A program made the translations under genes and the position numbers. Shown here in pieces: positions 1-18,600 of a stretch of 64,000 nt of DNA. A model generated the notes under the pieces. It was not told the DNA's origin and did no database searches. It saw only the letters and a program-made list of their open reading frames with translations. Every line of letters begins with the position of its first letter. The first letter of the stretch is position 1. Origin of the DNA: Orbicella franksi (taxonomy: Eukaryota); NCBI GenBank assembly GCA_964199315.1, contig OZ116699.1, positions 15,438,001 through 15,502,000 on the forward strand. The letters run 5' to 3'.

Positions 1-5916
<5,916 letters not shown>

Positions 5917-7654
5917 TATTGGTGTGTAGCGGACCCTCATGTACAGCATTAAGGGCACAGAAGACTTATTTGTGCCTAGCCCATGGGAACCCAATTTCTC
6001 CTGCTTAATTCAGCATACAGCATCAGTAATTGTGGTTCAATAGTTATGTCATTCCACTATTTGGCATAATTTATCTTTCAATCGATGCTCCAAGTTCCAG
6101 TGGTGTTTGAATATGAAACCATCCTCAATAGGTTGAAAATTTAAAATTTACCCTTCAGATGATACTTGAGTCCTTAATTGACCCATCCTCTGTTGACAGC
6201 AAACAGTACACTGTTGAATCTTTTGTAACCTGTGCCATAATTTGATAGTCAATAGTGAAACAAAACTTTTCCAATCAAGACAAATTAGATTCTCTAACTC
6301 TTGATACTAAAATTTTATGAGACCACCAGATCTCCCTATGACTGAATACATTTTACAAAACAAAATAAAATTAATGAAAACTCTGGATACAAAAGTAACA
6401 TACAAACCACAACAACTAGCTTAGTTGTGGTGTGAATAAATTAGTGTATTCATGAATACACTGATAATATTCTTAATATTCCTCTAAAGAACTTGCTCCA
6501 TGTAATTGTTGGTGAATGAGATATAACTTTGACTGAAGAAGTTCAAGTACACTTAGGAAATAGCATGGACAGTTTTGAAGTCGTCACAGCAGTGCTCTAC
6601 CTAAAATAACCTCACTGTTGACTAGTAACCCTAGGGATTGTTCATGGGTACCCCTTGAATCCTTTGACTGTGTTAAGGGAAAGGGGGGATCTCATGCCAC
6701 TTGTCAAAGTTTTAAACTGGTTCATGTTTACTTCTTCTTTTATCATGTTCTTGTCTTCCTCTAAGCAGTAAAATCTGATCAAATCAATATTAATATAAAT
6801 ATTTGTACAAAATTTCTTTCTGTGGATTCTGCTTATTGTTGTAGAAATTAACATAATCATTATGACTCTCACAGTGGTTAAAATTTGTTCATAGCTATTT
6901 AATGTGATTTGGCTAGGCTCTACAACACCCCTTCCATCTGTCATGTTTAGAAATTATTTTATCAAGTGAGTTTAGTGAGTTACAAGCCTTAGCTTGTAAG
7001 TTGCAAGTACAATTATAATATTTTCACATAGGTGTTTGTGAGTGAATCCCACAGAAAGTAATATTAACACTTTTTTGTTAGTTATTATGTGTCTTTTATT
7101 CAGTAGTAGTGAAATTCTTACATTTAGTAGATCTTTAATTTACATGGATTAAAGGCTGAAAATCAGCAAAAACAATATAAACTTTTTACCTTTAAAAAGT
7201 GATAATGGTCAGAGTATTTATGACTTAAAGAATAGTTATGCAATTCAGAGGGAAAATCTAAATCAGTCTAATATTAGAACTTTTTTCCAAAGTAGCACAA
7301 ATCATTTTCATAACCCTCCTTTGCAAGCTAATTCCAGTTTTCTCTAGAGATGTTAAAATAGAAATAATCTGTTAATCTGGGTTAATGTAATTAATTATTT
7401 ATAAATGTTTGCAATGCTGACTGCATACTGTACAGATATTTTGACTGTGATATCATTCATTATTCATCTGTAGCGTCATGTCATAGTCACCGTGTGCCAC
7501 ATTTGCCAACCTGAATATTATTCTCCTTTGTTCAACCTATTGTACAGTCCAAGTAGCATTCTAAAATGTTACTTAACACTTTCTCTGTAGGTTGAGTCTT
7601 TGAAGGTTTCAAAGCTGTTTTAATTATTATTTTTTTGTAAGATTCCTTTTGCCA

Positions 7655-7660
7655 AATAAA
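7655..7660 (+). terminator. Candidate STK32 polyadenylation signal
   Basis: AATAAA followed by T/GT-rich sequence about 1.7 kb after the stop codon. Other AATAAA sites exist in the region. Confidence 0.3.
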
Positions 7661-7847
7661 GTTCTTTTATATCATAATTTTATCTTTTTTGTTTTGGCAT
7701 TATGTTAAAGTTTGTTAGCTTGTAAAATGCTAGAATGTTGTTGCTGCAGATCTCATAATCCAAATGAAAATGCAGGGGAAAGATCACAAGTTGTCTGAGT
7801 ACTTACATGTACAATGAAATCTGAAGTAGTAAAGAACAACTGGAATA

Positions 7848-8611
7848 CAGTAAACACCTGCATATAAGAACACATGGATTAAGAACATCAGGCTGAAATT
7901 TGGCAAATAAAGCACCACTTTTATAAGAACAATATCAGCCTGGAAAAAATAATGTTCTTATAAAATGGGACGGGTGTCAAAATTACACAAATTACCATAA
8001 ACACACCTGCTGACCAATGGTATTAGCTAAGTTTTGGGCACCTTTGTTCTCTTCAGAATATCTAATATCATGAATTACATTTTTTGCCTTTACAATACTA
8101 TAAACTACTGTATTGATAGAGAAAAACATAAGATTTTATAGCTGTATCAAGGTCAATCACAGTTGTAGTTGATCAAAGCTTGCAAATACTTGTCCAGTCT
8201 TAATGTTATTGTTTTGCTGATGTACATGTCAACACAGTAGTAAATCAGACTTTCAGATTTGCAGATGTACAGTGGACCTCTACTTTAGGCATTTCAAGGG
8301 TGGGGCAGCATATGGATCTGCCACAGAACTATACATACACCCTTCTTGTTACTGTTTTGTTACATTACTGATTACAGTAGACCTATTTGAACATGAGGTT
8401 TTTAATTATTGTTCCATCAATTTATGTAATTGTCCAAAAACATGATTAAAATTTCTAGCAACATTTTTTATGCTGTACAGCACTGAATTTAAAAAAATTT
8501 AAGAACATTTAAGAACATCCTGAGGCTGATTTTTCACTAAGCATCCGATAAATAAGAACACAATCAGTCTGACCTCTGAAATTGTGTGTTCTTATATGCG
8601 GGTGTTTACTG
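7848..8611. mobile_element. Non-autonomous Tc1/mariner (pogo/Tigger-like) MITE, 764 bp
   Basis: 27-bp TIRs: cagtaaacacctgcatataagaacaca (7848-7874) and tgtgttcttatatgcgggtgtttactg (8585-8611), one mismatch. TA on both flanks. Subterminal aagaaca repeats. Confidence 0.9.
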
Positions 8612-8806
8612 TACCAACACAACTTATGAATGCTGATTGGTAACAGCAAGATAAGTCATCTTGAAATATTTCTAATATTTGAAGGTTTACGGTTTTCACA
8701 GGAACTCCAGACTTATAATTTACTTATATTTGACCTTTTTATGAAAGAGCCAAGTCTACTGGGCAGGACTTGATGTCTTGATTTAAATCCATATTCTTCC
8801 TTGCAG

Positions 8807-8891
8807 TAGAATAGTTTTCAATTGAGTGTGGGAAATAGTCAGGCAATTACTTTGGTTTTGGTTTTATGATACTCATTTGAAAACTGCTCTA
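8807..8891. mobile_element. Minimal 85-bp MITE, same family as 31328-31592
   Basis: Ends tagaatagttttcaattgagtg ... gatactcatttgaaaactgctcta are inverted repeats resembling the termini at 31328-31592. Confidence 0.7.
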
Positions 8892-9469
8892 TAATGAATA
8901 TTTGATAAGCTCAGGACAATTTAGTGTCCAAGCCTGTGACATTACTATTAATAATCCATAGTTTCTATGTTAGAGATTTCAGTTAGATGACATAAAATTT
9001 CAGACCAAGCTTATTTCATACTTATCTTTCATTTTATGTACATAATTTAAAGAAGAGATTGATAGAGAGTAGTTATGAAAGATTATAATAAAAGATATTC
9101 AAAGTGGTATAATTTTGTGTGACAAAACATAACAGAGTGAGACTGAATGACAAAAAAATTAAATAAATAAAGACTACTAAACAATTTATCTTGCCTATTA
9201 TTTTTAAAAATAGTGGTTATATTAAGTTTAATATTTAGGCCAAGTCAGCAGTTGCCTGAAATACCAAAAATTCTTTGCCATAATTCTGATTAACGTTTTG
9301 AGTGAAATTGTTCAAAATTGTTCTTGTCAAGTCATTATGTAATAGAACTGTTTTTCTACAGTGCACAAGATACATGTAATCATTCCGTTTCTCCCAATTT
9401 TGTTTAGTTTTATCTTGGGACTTATGCTACAAAATAATGAATGCATGGTGATATATAGTAAATGAATAA

Positions 9470-9640
9470 ACAATAGCCTCCATTTGGTGCAAAAATATGC
9501 TCAGATATTTGTCTGAAGACTATCTGTTTCGAGAAGTGATCAGTTTCCAAGAGGGAAGCTCAAGGGAAACAGCTTCAAGAGCCAGATAATGTCCAAGGAC
9601 AAATATTCACGCATATTTTAAAAGTCAAATTGGGGCTATA
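9470..9640 (+). repeat. Interspersed repeat fragment; related fragment at about 10600-10860
   Basis: The aatagcct...atttgg...cagttt...agggaaac segment recurs in diverged form at about 10725-10860, on the other side of the YR remnant. Confidence 0.5.
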
Positions 9641-9644
9641 TATT

Positions 9645-10040
9645 ACCATTAAAAAGTTCAAAACAGACCCCTTTTGCGAGACAGCCAAACTCACTATAGC
9701 TAAGTCAGACTCAAGCGTGTGTGCTGTCACCGCCCTTCTTCAAACTTGGACAGAGTACCTTTCAGCCACTCTTCCAATTCATTGATGGGTGCAGTCTTAA
9801 CTGCACATCTAACAACTTGCGTGTTCTTCTAACGTCTGTGGGTTGGACAGTGCACAATTTTCTTCACACAGCTTCAGAATTGGTGTGGCCATCACAGCAG
9901 GAGCAGTAGGCTTTCCTGATTGGTTGATTAAAGTCCTTAGAAGGTGACATCTGATGCTTAAATCAGACATACCGGTATATAAAGACCCCAAAAGAAACTA
10001 TCTTTCAAGTCCCAAAGAACTTGGCATTTTGCCATTCCTG
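9645..10040 (+). mobile_element. Decayed tyrosine-recombinase ORF of a DIRS/Ngaro-type retrotransposon
   Basis: Translation with stops/frameshifts: TIKKFKTDPFCETAKLTIAKSDSSVCAVTAL ... GLDSAQFSSHSFRIGVAITAGAVGFPDWLIKVLRR*(W)/TSDA*(Y). It contains the YR KTDPF motif, the HSFRIG (HxxR) motif (9861-9884) and the W.SDAY region. GC-richer non-coding sequence follows to about 10565. Confidence 0.85.
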
Positions 10041-11174
10041 ATTTGCCATTGAAATGCTAAGAACTGCTATATACATTGCAAACACTACAATGTCTCTTTG
10101 TACTTAAAACTTGATTCTTAGGTGAATACTTTGTATCTACATAGTCTTAGGTTGTACCAGAGGGCACTCGGGTCCCCCATACTGCCTCTTCACAGCCGTC
10201 CGGTCTCCTTGTCACTCAACCCTTGGGGCGAACTCATCAAGGAATGACCATGCGCTATCCTTACACCTCCTGTGGAGATTCCGTTTAGGGGATCTGCATT
10301 AACTTAGTTAATGGACTCCACACAGGGTATCTTCACACCATACTCGACATTATGGGTGGGGAATTGCTGCCTGTGGTGCCCCTTCAGCCCTGGGCTGAAG
10401 CCTCATCAGAGATGGGACATTTGCTACTCTGGACTGGGTTAACTTTGCTTCAAGACATTATTGCAGTGCAGATATAAGGCACCCCTTGGCATGGAGCCAT
10501 CTGGTCAGTGGGTTTTATCCGAGTCTTGCCAGTACATTCCCTGCCGAAGATTGCCCACCAAATAATCTTTTGTTATTGCACACCAAATATAACATTAATT
10601 ATACTTTTGAAAATTGGGGAATATCACTTGAATGTTCCCCAGTTTTAGCTGGGACATACTCAGTCATGCGATGCATTTAAACCAATCAAGCGCAAGCAAA
10701 AAATATTTGATGGATTATGACAATCAATAGCCTGTATTTGGCATGAATTAATTTTTCCTGACAAGTGAACAGTTTTCTAAGAGAGAAATTTGAGGGAAAC
10801 TATGGTCTTCAACAAACAAAAAATGTACAAGAAGAAAATATGCATCTATATTTTTGAAGCTTAATGTAGGTCTGTGTCAGAGACATTGATTTATAAATGT
10901 ATGGTCCAAGTCTGGAGTCTCTCAGTTGGTGGCCAAGCTGTCAAATTAAAATAATGTAAATTAATAAAATTATGTTGATTTTAAAAGATTTTTCATTTTT
11001 TTGCTTTTTTAATTTTGGATACAAAAAGTGAAAAAAGACTCAGAATTTGTGCACAAATCGTTGGAATGTAGGCAGCCAAAATGAACAGATAAATGAAGAG
11101 TGCAAAACTTGGATCATTGGATATTTCATAGTTTTGCTTGCATCATGTGAACAATCAGTTGCATGAAAGAAATG

Positions 11175-11363
11175 TAACAAATTGATGCCAGTTTTTCATG
11201 CGTCTGTCATCTTATTGATGATAAATTGCGTCATAACTTTGTCAAAGTGGCTGCCGAACCACTCGCCTGCGGCTCGTGGTTCCACAGCCACTTTGACAAT
11301 GTTATGATGCAATTTATCTTCAATAAGAGGACAGACGTATAAAAAACTGACATCAATTTGTTA
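11175..11363. mobile_element. Palindromic (foldback) MITE, 189 bp
   Basis: Left arm taacaaattgatgccagtttttcatgcgtctgtcatcttattgatgataaattgcgtcataactttgtcaaagtggctg pairs with right arm cagccactttgacaatgttatgatgcaatttatcttcaataagaggacagacgtataaaaaactgacatcaatttgtta. Confidence 0.85.
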
Positions 11364-12613
11364 AGCTGAGAATTGCTGGGTTCTTTGATTCGTTAGCTTT
11401 TCTAACAAATCTTTGTAATAAAAGACTAAAGCCATCAATACACTGCGTTCGATAAGAGAAAAATAGCACAGATAGTGCAGGTGTTGAGTAAATAAAATGA
11501 TCACTCTATTGATGGCATGTTTGTTTTTGCAATCCTTGTGCGCATTGCATCACCAAAAGCGTGCACGAAAACTGTGTTTGGCCACCTCAAAGTGTGAGGG
11601 CTCTGGGAATGTAACCCTAGAATGAATTTCAAAAGTAGCATTTGCACTCAATCTTGTACTTGTGTTGCTAATGACCCAATTTTTCTTACACCAAATCTAA
11701 AGTAGTGGTCTTTTTATTGAGAAATTTTAGTGGCCTATGTACAACTAGTTGTCAAGAATGAACTAGTCCAGTGAGGTATAGCCTCCAGCACAATCGCTCT
11801 TTAGGCTTGTCACGTAATGCTTCCTCCCCCAGGAGGAAGATTGCACAACGAGCCCACACACTGTTTGTGCTAGAGGCTAAGTGAGGTGACAAGTGCCATA
11901 AAACAGCAAGCTGATACTACATATAACTGACATTCAGAACAATAATATTATGCCCAAATACTACATTATGTAATTTAGATGCAAGAAAAATTATCTGATG
12001 CTGATTTACTGATTGTCATTGGGTAGAAGTATCATTTTAATGTTTTGCTTTTACAATATTTTGTCAATAAAACATTAGGAAACGAATAAACTAAGCTGAT
12101 GGCAAATAAATTTGTATTCTTGTACAGGATGTATATTATATTCTGTCAACATGAAACTAACAGAATAAAAATACTTGCTGAAGATACAAAAATTATAGCA
12201 TCATGTTTTCACCTAAAATTTGATGAAAGTGGTGAGCTGTTTAAACAGACATCAACCTCTTGTGCACTTATTACTTTGAATATGACTTGCTTCTGATCTT
12301 AAAACTATTTTAAAAACGAAATATTTACACTCTGTACAACTGATCATCTTAAAACTCATTAGAAATGTACCTGAAGATTGAAACTACAGTATGGACAAGA
12401 AAATCGCTAAAGTATTTAACACTGTGCTTTCCTTCTATTACAAGAAACAATGACATCACAAAAGAACAGAATGATGTTATCCTTTGGTAAAAGGCACTAC
12501 TGAATCCAAACTTGATGGCAGTGTTCCTTTTTACAACTCTTTTGTTGACATTTTTTATGATTAAAAGCAAATTCATGTAAGAGGCAATTAGTACTGCACG
12601 ACTGCACCCCTTG

Positions 12614-15600
12614 TTAGACAAATGAGATCATTGAATGTGTTCTGTTGAGCATACTGCTACGACAGTTATTCTCTTCTTTGTCCAGGCCATTCTAAGGGAG
12701 AACAAAGAAATTTCATCAGATGCCTGCTTAAGATAGACAGAAAAGCATTTAGGAGTGAAACAACAGCTACAACATGCCCATAGCTTGCAATTTAAGATAT
12801 ACACCCAGCTCTCAAAGAATGATGTAAATAGCAATAATTATTAACTTTTAGCCAAGCAGCTAAGCTAGATGTTAGTTGGATTAGGGGAGTTTGTTTCCAG
12901 AGAAATTGATCGATCAACAGTTGGTCAGTAGACACTTGATCGATAGTTAGTCAATGGTCGGCCAATTGTCGACCAACTCAGGTGTATTGATTGAAACTCG
13001 CTGGCATGTATGCAAAAATTAGTAGACTGTTGACCAAAATGTCAATCAAGTGTCAATTGAGTGTTAACCAAGGGGTCAATCAAGGATCAATTGAGGGTTA
13101 GGATCATCACTGTCAATCGACACTTGACCACTGATGCCTTTAGTTCACATGATCCCAAAACCTTGCTTTCATCAGTACTGAGCACTCATTTTGGTCAACA
13201 CAAAAAGTCACTCATTGCAATAATTATATTCAATACAACCATGTACCCCAATTAAGACACAAAAAAGGTCTTTGACTGAATGCAACTATTTTAATTGCTT
13301 CTTTGATGCTACTTTCAGTAATTTAATATACTTTAAGTATCTATCAATCCTATGGACTAGCACTGTCCTTCAATAAGTTATTTTCCAAGTATATTCAGCT
13401 ACATGTGTCTCTAATATTTCCGTGTCAAAAGCATTTAAAGGCGGGGCATACTAACATTTAAAACCAGAGTTGTATCATGATAACAACAACCAGATAATAC
13501 TCACTCAAGAGTGATCAACAGTCCCTGAAAGTGCCTTGTTGGTGCTGGGAAATGTTTAGCATAAAGGATGTTTATTGATGCCCCTTGGCATGTTGCCATT
13601 ATTTTTAGGAGTATTCATTCAAGCTGTATTTAAGGTCATTCCTCACATTTGCATTGTGCATCCTTACTGTGCATAATTTATGGTGTCATTAGCGCGCGCT
13701 CATGCACGCGCATATTGAAAACATGACGGATTTGCCTTGATATTGAGCTCTGTCAGTTGAAAAATGGCTCTAGCTCACCAACAAGCACAGGCACCCCAAT
13801 TTTTTTCCTAGTCGTTGTAATCAACTAATCATAAGCTTTGCGTGAGAAAAGACTGATCTAATTTCTATTGCTGAAAATTGAATAAATAAGAAAAATAGCA
13901 GACACACTGTGGTCTTTTCTATTTTGCAGTCGGTAACCACGTCAAGAAATTTGGTTCAAATTTTTAATTAACGATTTAGCTTTCTGTCTGAATCAAACTT
14001 AAAATGTTTATTTGTGTTCGACACAATGTATTGACTGTAGTTTAATACGTGTTCTTATGAGTCTGGGTTCACAAAGATTTTACAATTACTGGGATTGCGT
14101 TCTTATAATAAGCATTAAATAATGCCAAAATGGGGCATTTTCAATGCCTCACTGCTCCTTAATGAGCATGGGCACCCCCCTTTTTTATTTCAAAATTTAA
14201 GTTATAATATGATAAATGTTCAGTGGACAAAGTTTGAACAAAACTTTATTGTCACTTTTATTTCAGAGGAATTACCTTAATTTTAGAGATGTGTTCCACT
14301 GATTCCTCCCACAACTTGAAAATGAATTTTAACAGGAGGAACAGTAATTATTGATCTTTATAAAATAACTGAGACACTGTGCATTCTCACTGATAATAAT
14401 TATCGGATAACTATTATCCCATGTAAAGTTATAAAATACAGAAAGCTTACAGAAAGGACAGTTTTGCACTCAGCCACCAATTAAATCTAACATACATGTA
14501 CATTAGGATGGTAATTTTGATTACCATAATGATTTGACATGTGTAAAAATAATGTTGAAAACCTTAGTAAGCTTTCATTTACTTACGGCAAACTCATTAT
14601 ATGAGGTACAAACAACCAAAGATTCATTAGTCTTGCTGGATGATTTGAAGCCATTCACCACTTGAATTGATGTGTTACCAGTGTTATTCAGCGTTTTGCT
14701 TGTGTTCCCATTTTTCTCTCCAAGAACCCTTCTTTTCACAGCAAGTCTGGCTGACTGCCTCTTGTTAGGTGTCTGTTAACAGGAAAAGCAGATTATTGAT
14801 CACTGAAACTTACCAATAGAGAGAACTCCAAGCCTAGACGACTGGTCAGGATACAGGTGCCACATAGTTTGGTTTCTGACCTGGCTAAAATTCTTGACGT
14901 GTTAAATTTCTTAATGAGCAAACTGCTTTTATTTCTAAGTTTTTTTTTTAATTACATGTTAACACCCAAGTCGCTAGTGGAGGGAAGGTGCCTACGAAGC
15001 CCGGGGGCTGCAACCGCAGTCACATCCCCAAAGCGCTAGAACACCCGACTGGCCTGCCCAACCCGCAACCAAGCCACGAGCCCCCCGCGCCAAGCCCCCT
15101 ACAGGCACCCGTCACACTCAAGCCAGACGGCATTGGTGGAAAATAAATGAATAAATAAATAAGTAAATAAATAAATAAATAAATAAATAAAATAAAATGC
15201 TGAAAAGAAAGGGGGGGATAGGGAGGGAACGCCGAGAACCGCTAAACTATAATTCAATCCACAACGCCACACTAACAGAGCGATGAACACACTGTGAGCA
15301 CATGGGACGACAACACATGTACTAACCAAATATACCGCTGGACAATGTCAGCCCCAGGGCTCTCACGACCATATGACTGTTGCAAACGCTACAGAAACGC
15401 ACCAAACGCTAACAGATGGCCAAGGCACTAACAAACGCCTACAAAAATGCTACTGACCAGACAGGCTCCTGGTCATAAACTATGTAAAATTTCATAGAAC
15501 TATATCAAACGCTAACCAAACGCTCACAGACGGCCAAGACACTGACAACCGCCTATAAAAACGCTACTGACCAGACTAGCTCCTAGTTGTTAACTATGTT

Positions 15601-18600
15601 AAATTCCATTTAACTATATTAAATAATAATTAATATTATGTTTTCCTATTTTGTATTTTCAATTAGCAGCTTCACAGTTTACTTGGGAAGACCTGACAGA
15701 TCATGTGCACCAAAGGCATGACCCGTGGTACCCGTGATACCCTTGATCGACCCTCGATCAGCATCTTATTAACATCTTGATAAACCGTTGTTTGGTAGTT
15801 GGCAGAGTGTCGCCTGACTCATATATCTAGTGACACTCAATGGCACGTCTGCAAAAATTAGTCGACTGTTGACCTGATGGTCAACCCACCGTCGACCAAG
15901 ATATATCGATATACAGTTGAACCTTGATTATCCGGACTCATTTGGACCAGACGAAATAGTCCGGATAATCGAGGGTCCAGAAAATCGATAATATGAATAT
16001 TAATGAAGAGCAAAACTGTTTAAATAAAGCAACATTTAATCATGAAACAACACTTTAACAAATTGCTTGGAAAACAATATGGTCTACTGTACATCTTGAA
16101 CCACTCAACTCTGAGCCAATCAGAACTCATTCAAGTGTTCTTCATTAGTTATGACGCGTGCAAGCGCTGCTTTTGCTCTTTAAAAGCAAAAAAAACCCTC
16201 GCTTTTGCAAGCACTTTTCAATGCTATAGTTTTAAAATGAATATTGGTACGGATCTTGATCATGACTAATAAATATACATGAAAAACTTGGGACTAGGGA
16301 AAAAGTCCTGATAATCGAGGTTCGACTGTAGTGTTGACCATTAGTATCGATGGAGATGCCAAATGAAAGTTGTTTGAGCTGATGTCAATGGCATGTCAAT
16401 AGAGGGTCGATAAAATCAAGGGTATCAATCTCGAGACACTTAATCGCGGATGCCTTTAGTACACACAATCCGACCTGACAGAGTGCTGAGGGTAACAATA
16501 TGTTATTTGTGTTTGCTCACCACCTTTTTCTTTATTGTCTTGGCCACTCGTCTGATGTTTGATTTAGTGGCAACTGGTGGGCGGCCATTTGTGTTTCCTT
16601 TGGCAGGTCTGGGGGATGGGCAAACACTAGAATGCAGTGGCAACCTTGATGGTGTTGATGTGGTACAGTCTTGCATCTATGGCAACAAGAAAAGCCTTCT
16701 TACTAGTGACAATCAATTTGGGTACTACTGGCTGTTGCAATGGTCAGTTTAGGAGATAAATTGAGTTAGTGAAAAAAACTGTTTTTAATCAGCCAAGATA
16801 TTAAACCCAAATTGAAACATAAGAAAGGAAAAACATTTTGCAAAAAAAAAAAACAAATCTTACATAACAGCTCTCATTTACAAAGGTACTTATAAATGCT
16901 TGTTGTTTGCACTCACACTCACCTTCATTCGTTTTGGTGTCTTCATTGGTGTGGTTCCTCCCATAGGCCTGATTATGAAGAAATATTAGGTCTATTAATA
17001 ATGTTATCAATCAAAATAAAGTTTTGAAATATTTAGCTTTTGTCTCGATCAGTACCAAGTCAACAAGACCTGGCACTAACCAAAGCTCCAGTGGATATTC
17101 TGCATCAAATGGCAGCCATAAATTTATATACAGGTGTACAAGCAGAACTGATGATATTAAACAGCATGCATGACATAACTTTAGATATCAGTCAATACCT
17201 TTTCTTGGGTGTGGTTGCTGGCTTGCTACCATAAACCATCTCCTTCTCCATTAGCTCCTGTTGTCGTTTGTGCTTTGAGAAGCAATTTTATTAAACAGTT
17301 AAATTACTCAAATAATATAAAACATCGGTTACTCAAGAACTATACTCTGGATTCTTATCACAGTTATACTTCTAACTACAATTCATAATTTATTCTGTTG
17401 CAAATGTCAGTATGTAACATTAACTGGTAATAAATGTTAAATACCTCACTGTACACATCCAATGTGCATGCACAGAAGGTGCATCTGCATCTAGTTCTAT
17501 TGATGAAGCTATAGCCCTCTGTATGCATTGCAGGTCTATTAGTTTTAGTAACAGGTTTGTTGCTTACCCTTTCTACTTTCTCTTGTTCTTTCTGTGCATT
17601 AAATGCTGCCCACTGATTGTTAATAATGTTCATGTAATGACAACCATTGATTAGGAAACTCCGTTCATGTTCCTCTTCCCACTTTCCAATCTGAACCGTC
17701 AGCTTTTGCTCAATCTGACGTAGTAACCACAATGTAGTCAATTAAAATTTAATTTTAGGACATCAAAAAATAGATAACAGTATTCTGTAACTAGTAAGCA
17801 TGATGGATGGGTTAATAGTCCTCCCTGGTTAATCAGTGCCCACTTACAAAAAGGTTTGATCTCATTTTGACTTTTATAACTTTACAACAGCAGTCACAAA
17901 CTATCATTAGGATGACTGATCAAAGTCACCTTGGGTAATTCCTTGTTTATTCCCTTCCTAATTTTCTCCTCCTTGAGTAGTGCTCCACCACGGTTTGCCA
18001 GGCGATTTGTATCATTTTTTCGACTCTGAAAAACAAAAAAGAGTGAGAAAAGCACATTATGGTACTTTGGAACAGTTCACTTTGACATGAGACAATAATT
18101 ATGCGCACTACTATGACTACCTTGATCATGTCTTAGAACAGTGACTTCAACAATATTATTGTCATTGTCAATTCTATTTTAATCATGGTCAACCAATATT
18201 ACATGCAAATAAATAACTAGCACCTCAAATTCTTCCATTGTCTTAAACAGAGTTTCTCTTCTCTCCACAAGTTTGAAAATTTCCTTGTTTCCATCATAGT
18301 AATTTTTCATGACTTCCACCTGATGCTCATGGAGTGCCAAGAGTTCTTCTGTAAAGTTGTCTGAAATTTAAAAGAACAGACATTGAAAATGGGGGATCAT
18401 GTGTACTAAAGGCATCCGCAATTGAGTCTTGATCAATACCCTAGATCGACCCTTTGTATTTTCTGGTACGGCATTGTAGTCGCGGGATTTCCATTTCAAA
18501 AACACTGGCAAAACACGAGTTTACGCCAGCCATTTTATTTTTGCTTGGACCATGCATTATTCACTCGGTAGGGGGTGAATAATGTTCCTTACCCAAAGAT

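Noticed and set aside
6140-6950. Exon-like AG/GT-bounded segments on the minus strand downstream of STK32
   Set aside because: Could not be chained into a phase-consistent ORF or a recognisable protein; probably 3'UTR/intergenic.
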